The position numbers and the translations under genes were made by a program. Below, one piece after another: positions 26,418 to 37,881 of a stretch of 64,000 nucleotides of DNA (position 1 is its first letter; each line of letters opens with the position of its first letter). Source of the DNA: an uncultured Thermoleophilia bacterium (GTDB lineage Bacteria > Actinomycetota > Thermoleophilia > UBA2241); the NCBI GenBank assembly GCA_963717965.1, contig CAVQXS010000003.1, positions 134,896 through 198,895 on the forward strand. Reading direction: 5' to 3'. Under the pieces are notes generated by a model. That model saw only the letters and a program-made list of their open reading frames with translations. It did not search any database and had not been told where the DNA came from.

Positions 26418-28869
26418 ATGACTGACCTCTCCCTCTTCGCCTCCGTCCCGCGCGGCCTCGAGTCGTTGCTGGCCGGCGAACTTCGCGGGCTCGGCGCGGC
26501 GCACGTCAAGCAGGTCCGCGCCGGCGTCGCCTTCGCCGGCTCGCTCGAGACGGCGTACCGCGCCTGTCTCTGGTCGCGGGTCGCCGGGCGCATCCTGCTG
26601 CCGCTGGCGAGCGGGCAGTCCGCCGACGGCGACGAGCTGTACGCCACAGCGAGCGGCATCGATTGGGGCGAGCACCTCGGCGCCGACGACACCCTGGCCG
26701 TCGACTTCACCGGCGTGAACCCGCGGATCCGCGACACGCGGTTCGGCGCCGTCCGCGTCAAGGACGCGATCGTCGACCAGCTGCGCGCGGCCACCGGGCG
26801 GCGTCCGTCCGTGGACCCGCGAGCGCCAGACGTGCGCGTGAACGCGCACCTGGCGAGCACGCGCGTGACCATCTCGATCGATCTCAGCGGCCAGAGCCTG
26901 CACCGGCGCGGTTACCGCGCCGAGAAGGTACAGGTTGAGGCGCCGCTCAAGGAGAACCTGGCCGCCGGCATCCTGCTGTACGCGGCCTGGCCGAGTGAGG
27001 CCGCCGCCGGAGCCAGCCTGCTGGACCCGCTCTGCGGGTCGGGCACGCTGCCCATCGAGGCGGCGCTCATGGCGGCCGACGTCGCGCCGGGACTGCTGCG
27101 CGCCGAGGCGGAGCCCAAGCCCGGCGCGGCTCCCGCGTTCGGCTTCTTGCGCTGGCGCGGGCACGACGCGGCGCTCTGGGCGGCCCTCGTACATGAGGCG
27201 CGCGAGCGCCGCGGCGCCGGCATGAAGCGCCTCGCCGCCACCCGACCCGACGCCGTCATCCGCGGCTCCGACCGCGACCAGCGCGCAGTCAAGGTCGCGC
27301 GGGACTTCGTGAAGCGTGCCGGGCTGCACGGCCTCGTCGTCATCGAGCACGCCCAGCTCGAGGCGGCCGCGCCACCAGCCGCGCGCGGCCTCCTCGCCAC
27401 CAACGCGCCCTACGGCGAGCGCCTCGCCGCAGGGGACGACCCCGAGGCCGTCTACCGGCTGCTCGGCGAGCGCCTGCGGACCGCCTTCGGCGGCTGGGCG
27501 GCGGCGGTGCTCGCCGGCGACCGCCGCCAGGTCACGGCGCTGGGATTGACCGTCAAACGCGACGTCGACCTGCGCAACGGCCCGCTCACCTGCGTGCTCG
27601 CCTACCTCGAGCCGGGGGCCGCCCGCCCCGCCGACGCGCCGCGCTCCGCGCGAGCGGCGGTCCGCTCGGCCGCGCCGCGACCGTGCCGGCGCCGGAGAGC
27701 GAGCGGCCGCAGGAGGGCGAGCCGCCTCAGGCGGCGACCGGCGAGCCGGCGCCCGCAGAGACGGGCCCGGCCACGACCGGCGACCGCCGCGTCGGCGACC
27801 TCGGCGAAAGCGTGCGCCGCGGCTCACTGGGCGGCGGCGCCGAGTACCTCGCCAACCGCCTGCGCAAGAACCAGCGACGCCTGGCTCGCCGCCTGCAGCG
27901 CGAGGAGATCACCTGCTACCGGCTCTACGACGCCGACCTGCCCGAGTACAACCTCGTCGTCGACGTCTACGGCGACCGCATCCACGTGCAGGAGTACGCG
28001 GCGCCGCCGGAGGTCGACCCCGCCAAGGCGCAGCGCCGCCTGGCTGAGGCGCTCGACGTCATCGGCGCCGTGATGGAGGCGCCGCCGGAGCAGGTGGTGC
28101 TCAGGCAGCGGCGCCGACAGCGCGGCGCCGCCCAGTACGAACGCCACGCCGCCGGCGGCACGCCGTTCACCGTGACCGAGGACGACCTGAGCTACCTGGT
28201 CGACCTCGGCCCGTACGTGGACACCGGCTTCTTCATCGACCAGCGGCTCACGCGCCGGCTGGTCCGGCGGCTGGCCGGCGGACGGCGGTTCCTCAACCTC
28301 TTCGCGTACACGGGAACGATGACCGTGAACGCGCTGGCCGGGGGATCCGCAGCCTCGACCACCGTCGACCTCTCGGCCCCCTACCTCGACTGGGCCGAGC
28401 GCAACCTCGCCGCCAACGGCTTCGCCGCGCAGCGGCAACAGTGGCCCCCGGGCAGCCGGCAGACGGGCGCGACAAGCGCGCCCGGGCGGGCGGCGGGCGG
28501 GCCGGCGCCGCCGAGGGCTCCGCCCACGCGCTCATGCACGCCGACTGCCTGCGCTGGATGGCCGAGGCGGAGGGCGAGTACGACCTCGTCTGGCTCGACC
28601 CGCCGACGTTCAGCAACTCCAAGCGCATGGGTCGCGCCACCTTCGACGTGCAGCGCGACCACGCCGACCTGATCCGCCTGACCGCCCGGCGCCTGCTGGC
28701 GCCGGGCGGCATCCTGCTCTTCGCCACCAACCGGCGGGGCTTCCGCCTCGACCTCCCCGCCCTCGCCGGCCTCGAGGTCAAGGACCTCTCGAAGGCGACC
28801 CTCGCCTTCGACTGCGAGCGCGGGGCGAGCCGGCACCACGTCTTCCGCATCGAGCGTCGCGCCGGCTGA
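26418..28869 (+). CDS. rlmL: Bifunctional 23S rRNA methyltransferase RlmKL (THUMP plus two MTase domains), with two apparent frameshifts near 27650-27700 and 28430-28530
   Basis: Frame 1: MTDLSLFASVPRGLESLLAGEL...DPLCGSGTLPIEAA...LATNAPYGERL. Frame 2: EYLANRLRKNQRRLARRLQREEITCYRLYDADLPEY...LNLFAYTGTMTV. Frame 3: LMHADCLRWM...LDPPTFSNSKRM. Confidence 0.8.
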
Positions 28870-29006
28870 CGACGGGTCGCGCGCCTGAGGGTGACGCGCC
28901 GCGGGCGCCGCAGCGCCCGCCCGCGGCCTCACCGTCCCTCCCTGCGTGTATGCTTCCACGGTGAGACGGCCGCCCGGCCGCCCAGTCTGGAGCGTCAGGA
29001 GGGTTC

Positions 29007-31375
29007 ATGCATTCTCGACGTCGGCACGCCGTGCGGACCCGCGGCGCCGCTCATCCCGCTGCTGCTCGCGCTGCTGTTGCTGCTCGCGTTCGCCCAAGCG
29101 GCGGCCGCGGCGCCGCCCGAGCCCACCATGGACCTCGAGCAGCTCGGCGCGGCACTCGCAGTCCGGGCCGCTCGACGGCCACCTCCTGACCACCATGAGC
29201 GGCACCACGCCCGAGGAGATCCCGCTGCAGGTGCAGAGCCTCGTCGACTACTCGTGGGGCTCGCTCATCCTCTTCGAGGCCTCGGGCCCGTGGATCGACA
29301 GGATCGGCGGCATCGCCGCCGGCATGAGCGGCAGCCCCGTCTACGTCGACGACGGCGGGGTCGACAAGCTCGTCGGAGCCCTGTCCTACGGCGACGCGTT
29401 CACCCTCGGCGGCCTCGGCCTCGCCACGCCGATCGAGTACATGGCGGCGATCGAGACCGACTTCGCGGTCGGCGCGCTGGCGGCGCTGCAGGCGCCGCGG
29501 CCGCCGGCGCCCGGCGCCTACTCGCTCGACGAGCCGGTGAAGACCTCGGCCGGCGTGGTGCGCAGCGTCGTGGTCGCGCGCAGCGCCGAGGCCGCCGCAA
29601 GCGTCCAGGCGGCGAGCGGCCAGACGGTGATGACGCCGCTCGGCATCCTCGAGATCGGCGGCGCCAAGCCGGGCAGCAAGGCGTTCGAGCGCGTCGCCGC
29701 CAAGTTCGAGAAGACCGGCCTGCTGGTGAAGGCGGCCAGCGGCGACGGCAGATGGGCCGGCGCGCCCCACGCCCGACCTCGCCGGCGGGTCGCCCTGCGC
29801 GATCCTCTTCTCCCAGGGCGCCGTCTGGGTCGGCGCCGCCGGCACCGTCACCTACGTCGACGGCGACTCGGTGATGCTCTTCGGGCACCCCTTCTCGCAG
29901 CTCGGAGCCATCGACGCCATCCTCACCGGCGGCGACGTGCAGGGCGTGTGGGCGAGCAGCTACACCCCCTACAAGCTGATCGCCCCACGCGACGTCAAGG
30001 GCGCCTGCGTCCAGGACCGCAACTGGGGCGTCCAGGCGCGCCTCGGACAGGTCCCGGATCTGTTCCCGGTCGCGACCACGGTGACCATCGCCGACCGCGC
30101 GGTCACCGTCACAGACGACTCCGAGGTCAGCGAGTGGCTGGTCACGGCCAACGCCTATCCCGGGCTGCCGGGCGACATCGTCGCCCAGGTCGTGTGGGAG
30201 GCGGTCGATCAGTACAGCTATCCGGGCAGCGCGGAGACCGTCACGACCGTGGTCGCGTCGGACCACACCGGGACGTACACCATCGAGCACGCGAACCTGT
30301 GGAGCGACCCTTGGGACATCTCGTTTGACACCGGCTGGGATGCGTACTTGATCGTGTCGGAACTGGCGGCGGACCCCGACGGCGTCATCCATCCGCGCGT
30401 CGAGTCCGTGGACGTGACGATGACCGTCTCGCCCGTCCAGCGCACGGCACGCATCGCCGCGGTCACGCTTCCCGACGGCATCGGCGTGGGCGACAACACC
30501 GTGCGCATCGAGTACTACCGCTACGGCTCCGCTGAGCTGCAGACCGTCGACGCCACCCTGGTCATCCCCGCGGGCACGCCTCTCTACGGGCGCCTGGTCG
30601 TGCAACCGGCGAATTGGCAGGGCGACGGCGAGGGTGGGGACGGGTCCACCACGGACTCAGCGCCGCCGCAGACGCTGGCCGAGCTCGCCGACGAGCTCAG
30701 CGGCATGCCGATGAACAGCGACCTCATCGTCTCGTACCAGCCGGGCGACGGGGGCGGGGAAGGCGAGCCGGGTGCGGCCGCGAGCATCGACGCGACGATC
30801 GCGACCGACTACGTCTTCGGCAACTCCTACTCGGCGCCGACCGCGCGCGTCATGATCGACGTACAGCCGCGCAAGGTCGCCTACGGCGGCGCCGTCCAGG
30901 TGACCGGCATCGTGGAAGCCTCGGGCGAGGCGACCGTCGACATCTACCGCCGCTACGCGGGCTCGAAGACGGCGGTCAAGGTGGCGACGACACCACGACC
31001 ACGGTGAACGGCATGGCGAGCTTCGAGGCGATGGTCCCGGGACTCAGGAAGAACGCGACGCTGATCGCACGCGTCGGGCCGATGGACGGCACGCTGCCCG
31101 GCAGCGCCTCGGCCACGGTCAAGGTCCTCGCCAGGGTGTGGCTGTCCAGGACCTCACGGCTGGCCATCCACGTGAGGCCCGCCGACGCCGACGGCACGGC
31201 CCGGCTCCAGAAGAAGAGGGGCGGCGTCTGGACCAACTTCAAGACGGTCAAGATCGTCGACGGTGTGGGCTTCACCGGCCTGCCGAAAGGCACGCACACG
31301 CTGCGCGCGAGGTTCTCGGGCAGCACGCTCTGCGCGGCGGGAACATCCCGCGCGTACACGATCACGGTGAGGTGA
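29007..31375 (+). CDS. Large secreted SpoIVB-like S55 peptidase with a C-terminal Ig-like domain; at least 4 apparent frameshifts near 29045, 29160, 29760 and 30975
   Basis: RBS AGGAGGG, then MHSRRRHAVR | PLIPLLLALLLLLAFAQAAAAA (signal peptide) | ...IAAGMSGSPVYVDDGG... | ...GTVTYVDGDSVMLFGHPF... | ...VNGMASFEAMV...THTLRARFSGS. The segments are collinear only across frames. Confidence 0.7.
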
Positions 31376-31802
31376 GGGCGAGAGGCGCGGGCGGCGCAGC
31401 CGCTCCCGCGCTCGCGTCGGAGGAGCGAACGCCGGCGGCCGGAAGGGCCGCCGGCGGTCGCTTGCGCCAGCGACGCCGCCGGGCGCCAACCGCGATTGCC
31501 GCGGCCGCGGGCCGGGTAGGAGCGGGCTGAGGAGGCGGCGAGACCACCCCGCCGCCCGCGGGAAAGCGGGGGGACCGTGAGCCGGAACACCGTAGTGATT
31601 CGCGTGGCCGTGCTGACCCCCGCCTGCCCCGGACGCAGCCGTGACCCGAACGACGCCGCGCGGGCGCTGCGCCCCGCGGCGCGCGACGAAGCCGTGCGCC
31701 CGGCAACGTGAGACCCCCCGCAGCCGGGAGCACCCGGAGGCGCGGCGAGACGCCAGAACCCCGCCGCGCCTCCACCATCGTACGAGACAGGAGAGGACCC
31801 CG

Positions 31803-33927
31803 ATGACAGGCCAGCCGGACGGACCAGCCGAGAAGACGGAACGCGGCCGAGGAGTCGCGCCCTACGGCTCCTGGCGGTCCACGGTCACGGCCAGGCTGAT
31901 CGCAGAGGGCGGCGTCGGCATCATGTGGCCACAGAGCGCCGGCGGGAGCCTGTACTGGACCGAGATGCGCCCACTCGAGGACGGCCGCTACGTGGTCGTG
32001 CGGCGCGCACCCGGCGGCGCGGTCGCAGACGTCACCCCGGCCGGCGTGAGCGCCCGTACCCTGGTGCACGAGTACGGCGGCGGCATGTACATCGCCTTTC
32101 TGACGGCCGGCGGCGGCGAGAGTGTCATCTTCAGCGACCAGGCCGACCAGCGGCTGTACCGGCAGGATCTGCCGGCGGCGGCGGATCAAGAGGGCGCGGG
32201 GAGAGATGAGGGCGCGGCAGCCGGCGCGCCTGCGGCGGGCGCGGCTGCGGCCGGCTGGAGCGTTCCGCGGCCGATCACGCCGGCTCCTCCCACGGACCGC
32301 GCCCACCGCTACGCCGACGGGCGCGTCACGCCGGACGGTCGCCTGCTCGTGAGCGTGCGCGAACGGCACGAGGCCGACGGCTCGGTGGTCAACGAGCTGG
32401 TCGTGCTGCCCACCGACGGGTCGGCCCCGCCCCGGGTCGTCGCCGCCGGACACGACTTCTACGCCGCGCCCCGACTGAGCCCCGACGGACGTCAGCCTCG
32501 CCTGGCTGGTCTGGGACCACCCACGCATGCCGTGGGACGGCACCGAGCTCTGGACGGCGGAGCTCGCTGGAGACGGCACGCTCTCCGGCGATCGTCTCGT
32601 CGCCGGCGGCCCCACCGAGTCGATCCTGCAGCCGCTCTGGAGCCCCGTCGGCGAGCTCCGGTTCGCGAGCGACCGGACGGGCTGGTGGAACCTGTACCGT
32701 CAGCCGCGGACTCGAAGCAGCGACCGGGCCGTGAGCGGGCCGCCCGACGCGCGCCCGCTCGTCCGGCGAGACGCCGAGTTCGCCAAGGTGCCGTGGGTGT
32801 TCGGCCTGCAGCACTACGCCTTCTTTGAGGATGGAACGATAGTCATGTGCTTCACCGAAGACGGCCGCGACCATCTGGCGCTGGTGAGCCCAGCGGAGGC
32901 CGCCGCCGCGACGCTTCGCCCCATCGACACGCCCTACGCCGTCGTCCACTCGCTCGCGCCGCTGGGCGACCGCGTCGGCATCGTGGGCGCGACCCACACC
33001 GAGGGCTCGCAGGTCGCGATCGTCAACCCCGGCACAGGTGCCGTGGACGTCGTGCGCCGCGGCCGCCCCATCTCCGTCGATTCGGCGTACGTCAGCCGCC
33101 CGGAGCCGATCGTCTTCCCCACCGACGGCGGCCTCACCGCGCACGCCAACTACTACCCGCCCACCAATCCCGACTTCGTCGCCCCGGACGGCGAGCTGCC
33201 GCCGCTGCTCGTCAACAGCCACGGCGGCCCGACCTCGGCGCACGAGGCGGGACTCGACCTCGACGTCCAGTACTGGACGTCGCGCGGCATCGCCGTCGTG
33301 GTCGTGAACTACGGCGGCTCGACGGGCTACGGCCGCGAGTACCGCGAGCGGCTGCGCGGCAGGTGGGGCGTCGTCGACACGGTCGACTGCATCAACGCCG
33401 CGCGGTACCTCGTGGAGCGCGGCGACGTGGACCCCATTCGGGTCGGCGTGCGTGGCGGCAGCGCCGGCGGTTACACCACGCTGAACGCGCTCACGCGCTT
33501 CGACTTCTTCAGCGCCGGCGCCAGCTTCTTCGGCCTCGCCGACCTCGAGTCGTTCGCCACCGGCGGCACGCACAAGTTCGAGTCGCGCTATCTCGACAGC
33601 ATGCTGGGGCCGTATCCGGAGCTGCGCGACGTCTACCGCGAGCGCTCGCCCATCCACCACGTCGACGACCTGGACTGCCCGGTGATCCTGCTTCAGGGCC
33701 TCGAGGACGCCATCGTGCCGCCGGCGCAGGCGGACATCATCGTCGACGCGCTGCGACGCAAGGGCCTGCCGTTCGCCTACCTCGCCTTCGCCGGCGAGCA
33801 GCACGGCTTTCGCAAGGCGGAGAACATCATCCGCGCGCAGGAGGCCGAGCTGTACTTCTACGGGCGCGTATTCGGGTTCGCGCCGGCCGACGAGATCGAG
33901 CCGGTCGAGATCGAGAACCTGACGTAG
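31803..33927 (+). CDS. S9 family (prolyl oligopeptidase / dipeptidyl aminopeptidase type) serine peptidase, with an apparent +1 insertion near 32495
   Basis: Beta-propeller N-terminus ...SPDGRQ | LAWLVWDHPRMPWDGTELW. Catalytic domain VRGGSAGGYTT (GxSxGG), LLLQGLEDAIVP, GEQHGF. Confidence 0.85.
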
Positions 33928-34031
33928 CCAGCGCGTCGGCGGCACCGTGGTTTGAGGCCGGGAACAAGCCGGTCAGAACGCAGCCGGACGACGCGCCGCC
34001 GGGATTCGAACTGACCACGGAGCGGACGAAG

Positions 34032-35141
34032 ATGGCAGAACACGCACGATTCATCGCCGACGACCTCGTGATCGACGCGGCCGCCGGAGGCCCGCTCCCT
34101 CAGGCTCCCCCCGACGAGGAGGCGCCGCTCGATGCCTACTCGCGCGCCGTCATCCGCGCCGCGGAGCTGGTCGGGCCGTCGGTCGTCAACATCGACGTGA
34201 CCCGGCGGCCGGCGCCGCAGGCGGGGCGCCGGCGGCGCAGCCCGCCCGGCGCCCCGGACGCTCGCCGCACCCCTGACCCTGGGCGCGCCCCCGGGGCCCC
34301 GCCCGAGCCCGGCTACGCCGGCTCGGGCTCCGGCTTCCTCATCACCAGCGACGGCTTCATCCTCACCAACAGCCACGTGGCCCACGGTGCCGACGGGCTC
34401 CGGGTGACGCTGAACGACGGCCGCGAGCTCGCGGCGCAGCTCGTCGGCGACGACCCCGAGACCGACCTCGCCGTCCTCCGCGTCGACGCGCCCGACCTCG
34501 TCCCGGCCCGGCTCGGCGACTCGCGCGGGCTGCGCGTCGGCCAGCTCGTCGTCGCCATCGGCAACCCGTACGGCTTCCAGGCGACCGTGACCGCGGGCGT
34601 CGTCAGCGCCCTCGGCCGGTCGCTGCGCTCAGATAACGGGCACCTCATCGACAACCTCGTCCAGACGGACGCGGCCCTCAACCCGGGCAACTCGGGCGGG
34701 CCGCTCGTCACCTCGCACGGAGACGTCATCGGCGTGAACACGGCGATCATCGCGCCGGCCCAGGGCATCTGCTTCGCGATCGCCATCAGCACCGCGTTCT
34801 ACGTGGCCGGCAAGCTCATCCGCGACGGGCACATCACGCGCGGGCGGATCGGCGTGGCCGGGCAGACGACGCCGATCCGCCGCCGCGTCGTTCGCTACTT
34901 CGACCTCCCGCTCGAGACCGGCGTACTGGTCGCCGGGGTCGAGCCCGGCAGCCCCGCCCAGCGGGCCGGGCTCCTGCCCGGCGACCTCATCGTCGCCGTC
35001 GACGGCGAGTCGCTGCCCGACGTCGATACCCTGCACCGGACGCTGACGGAGGCCACGATCGGCCGCCCGCTGACGCTGCGGATCGTGCGGCTGACCAGCC
35101 TGCGCGAGATCGAGGTGACGCCGGAGCGCGCCGGGGGGTGA
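34032..35141 (+). CDS. HtrA/DegP-type trypsin-like serine protease with a PDZ domain
   Basis: GSGFLITSDGFILTNSHV, DLAVLRV, TDAALNPGNSGGPLV. PDZ: GVLVAGVEPGSPAQRAGLLPGDLIVAVDG. Confidence 0.85.
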   Translation: MAEHARFIADDLVIDAAAGGPLPQAPPDEEAPLDAYSRAVIRAAELVGPSVVNIDVTRRPAPQAGRRRRSPPGAPDARRTPDPGRAPGAPPEPGYAGSGSGFLITSDGFILTNSHVAHGADGLRVTLNDGRELAAQLVGDDPETDLAVLRVDAPDLVPARLGDSRGLRVGQLVVAIGNPYGFQATVTAGVVSALGRSLRSDNGHLIDNLVQTDAALNPGNSGGPLVTSHGDVIGVNTAIIAPAQGICFAIAISTAFYVAGKLIRDGHITRGRIGVAGQTTPIRRRVVRYFDLPLETGVLVAGVEPGSPAQRAGLLPGDLIVAVDGESLPDVDTLHRTLTEATIGRPLTLRIVRLTSLREIEVTPERAGG

Positions 35142-35860
35142 GGCCACCGGAGGTTGCCCGTAGCGCGCGTCGTATACTCGGAGGCCATGAAGCGCATCCG
35201 CTCAGTCAGCTCGCGGCGCTCGTCGTGGCCATCGTCATCGCCGCCATGGCCATCCTCGTGGGGCCCGCGTTCGCGGCCAAGACCGTGCCCAAGCCGCCGG
35301 TCGTCAAGAAGTACATCCACTTCGGTGACGGCCGCAAGGCGCAGACCGCCGACTACGGCCGGCGGCACTACCACCAGCACACGTACTGGTTGTCCAACCC
35401 GAGGGCGATCGTCCTGCACCACACCGCCGGGTCCACCTGGCAGAGCGCCTGGTACACCTTCGACGGCAACACCGCCTACAACGGCGAGAAGCCGGGCGTC
35501 TCGGCGCAGTTCATCATCCACAAGGACGGCACCATCTACCAGACGATGCCGCTCAACCTGCGCGCGCGCCACTGCATCGGGATGAACTGGAAGTCGATCG
35601 GCATCGAGTTCGTCCAGGAGCCGCAGACGGGCAAGGACGGCCACTGGATGGACCGGCAGATCCTGAACCGTGACAAGCAGGTCAACGCCGGCATCCGCCT
35701 CGTGCGCTATCTGAAGGCGCGCTTCGGCATCGTGAACACGGACATCGTCGGCCACGCGATGGCCAACGACTCGCGCTTCTTCAGGGACTACAGCGGCGCG
35801 AAGAACGGCGCCGGCGACTGGTACGCCGCCGAGGTCAAGGTCTTCCGCGCCCGGCTCTAA
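35138..35860 (+). CDS. N-acetylmuramoyl-L-alanine amidase (Amidase_2 / PGRP fold), secreted; N-terminus uncertain
   Basis: AIVLHHTAG...VSAQFIIHKDGTIYQ...ARHCIGMNWKSIGIEFV...IVGHAM. An ATG at 35187 (MKRIRS) is in another frame, so an N-terminal frameshift is possible. Confidence 0.7.
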   Translation: MRPPEVARSARRILGGHEAHPLSQLAALVVAIVIAAMAILVGPAFAAKTVPKPPVVKKYIHFGDGRKAQTADYGRRHYHQHTYWLSNPRAIVLHHTAGSTWQSAWYTFDGNTAYNGEKPGVSAQFIIHKDGTIYQTMPLNLRARHCIGMNWKSIGIEFVQEPQTGKDGHWMDRQILNRDKQVNAGIRLVRYLKARFGIVNTDIVGHAMANDSRFFRDYSGAKNGAGDWYAAEVKVFRARL

Positions 35861-35871
35861 GGAGGGCTCCC

Positions 35872-36894
35872 ATGTGCACCGATCTGCGACTCGCGCAGCT
35901 GACCGACCTGCACATCTCGGGCAGGACGATGGACGTCGGGCACGAGTTGCGCTCGCGCGTCCAGGTCGTGCCCGCGGGCCAGCAGTGGTCGGCCACCGCC
36001 ACGGAGAGCGCGGTCGAGCCGCTCCGCTGGACCAACGCCCACGGCTACGTCGCCGTGGACGCCTTCGGCTTTGACGGGATCGCTCTCGACGGCCTCAACG
36101 ACGCCGGGCTCTCGGTCGCGGCGCTGTGGCTGCCCGAGACCGATCTCACCTCGATCGCGCCGATGTACGGCGATGAGCCGGCCATCGACCTGATCAACGT
36201 CGGCGCGTGGCTGCTGGGCACGTGCGCGACCACGGACGACGTGCGCGAGGCCTTCGGCGGCGTCCGCCTCTGGAACGCCCCGGCGCGCAGACTTTGGTCC
36301 GCCGACTTCCCGATCCCCGACGAGCTCACGCACCTGCTCACGTTCGCCTTCCCCCTGCACCTCGCCGTGCACGACGCCCGGGGCCGAGACATGGTGGTGG
36401 AGTTCCTCGGCGGCGAAGCCGTCTTCCACAGTGACCCGTGGGGCGTCCTCACGAACTCCCCGACGTTCGAGTGGCACGCGACCAACCTGCGCAACTACCT
36501 GAACCTCAGGGATGCGCAAGCGAGGCCGGTCGACCTCATGGGCAAACAGGTCCTGCGGAGCGGCGACGGCACTGGGCTCCTCGGCCTGCCCGGCGACGTG
36601 ACCCCGCCCTCGCGCTTCGTGCGCGCGGCCGCGCTCGCGGCGCTCTTCCGCGAGACCCCGGACGCGCGCGCCGCCGTCAACCAGGTCTTCCACATCCTCG
36701 ATCTGGTCAAGGTGCCGCGGGGCGTCGCGCGGGCGGGCGACTACACGCAGTGGTGCGTCGCCCGCGACCACGACGCCCTCGTCTACTACGTGCGCAGCTA
36801 CGACGGCTGGACGACGGACGTCCACGACCTCAAGGCGCTGCGCGTCTCCGATCCGCTGACGCCGCGCAGGGCGCTGCGCCTGCCCGTCGACTGA
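35872..36894 (+). CDS. Choloylglycine hydrolase family Ntn hydrolase (linear amide C-N hydrolase)
   Basis: Starts with MCT, where Cys2 is the Ntn nucleophile: MCTDLRL...GRTMDV...GLNDAGLSVAALW...LTNSPTFEWH. Confidence 0.8.
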   Translation: MCTDLRLAQLTDLHISGRTMDVGHELRSRVQVVPAGQQWSATATESAVEPLRWTNAHGYVAVDAFGFDGIALDGLNDAGLSVAALWLPETDLTSIAPMYGDEPAIDLINVGAWLLGTCATTDDVREAFGGVRLWNAPARRLWSADFPIPDELTHLLTFAFPLHLAVHDARGRDMVVEFLGGEAVFHSDPWGVLTNSPTFEWHATNLRNYLNLRDAQARPVDLMGKQVLRSGDGTGLLGLPGDVTPPSRFVRAAALAALFRETPDARAAVNQVFHILDLVKVPRGVARAGDYTQWCVARDHDALVYYVRSYDGWTTDVHDLKALRVSDPLTPRRALRLPVD

Positions 36895-36899
36895 CGCCC

Positions 36900-37881
36900 A
36901 TGACCGTCCGGCTCGAAGGCATCCACTTCCTCGTCACCTATCGCTGCACCTACGCGTGCGACCACTGCTTCGTCTGGGGGTCGCCGGACGCGGAGGGCAC
37001 GATGACGCTGGCGCAGCTCACGAGCGTCATCGACCAGGGCGGCGGAGCTGGGGCTCGCCGACGTGTACTTCGAAGGAGGCGAGCCCACGCTCGCGTACCC
37101 GATCGTGCTCGCGGCGGCGAAGCACGCCCGCGAGCGCGGCCTCGACGTCGGCATCGTGAGCAACTGCTTCTGGGCGACGTCGGTCGCCGACGCCAGGGTC
37201 TGGCTGGCGCCGTTCGCCGAGGTCGGCGTCGCCGACCTCTCGCTCTCGTCGTACGCCTACTTCGTGGAGGATGCGAACGAGGCGCAGCTGCGCAACGCCG
37301 TTGTCGCGGCGCAGGAGCTCGGCATCCCCGTCGGCGTGCTCGAGGTGGGGGCGCCGGCGGACATCGGCGTGCCCGGCGCCTGCTCCGGCGACGTCGGCGA
37401 GGTCATGCACAAGGGGCGGGCGGCCGTCGCGCTCGCGCCGGCGCGAGCGTCCCGGCCGCCCGAGACGCTCACCACCTGCCCCTTCGAGGACTTCACCGAC
37501 CCGGGCCGCGCTCACGTCGGCCCGGACGGGGAGCTCCAGGTGTGCCAGGGCATCAGCGCCGGCAACGTCTTCGCCGGAGGCGACGGCCCGCCGGCGCCCG
37601 AGGACCTGGCCGACCCACGTCCCGGCGGCCTCGCGGCCGTGCTGGACGCCTACGACCCGCACGCCCGCCCCGTGATCCGGGAGATCGTCGCCGGCGGCCC
37701 CTGGGCTCTCGCCCAGGCCGCCGGCCACACCCCGGCGCGCGCGCTCTACGCCGACGAGTGCCACCTCTGCTACGAGGTGCGCGCCGCGCTGCGCGCCGCC
37801 GGTCGCCACCCGGAGGTCGTCGCTCCGGGTCAGTGCTATGCCGAGAACGAGCCCAAGGAGGAGGAAGACGATGCCGTCTGA
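36900..37881 (+). CDS. Radical SAM protein with a Cys-containing C-terminal extension, with an apparent +1 insertion near 37045
   Basis: FLVTYRCTYACDHC (CX3CX2C at 36945..36968)...VIDQG | AELGLADVYFEGGEPTL...VSNCFW...CPFED...VCQGI...CHLCYEV. Confidence 0.75.

Noticed and set aside
28870-31375. Treating track ORFs 28891..29874, 28946..30328, 29871..31007 and 30614..31375 as four separate genes.
   Set aside because: Their conserved parts are consecutive, non-overlapping segments of one S55-peptidase-like protein. The remainder of each ORF is low-complexity out-of-frame read-through.
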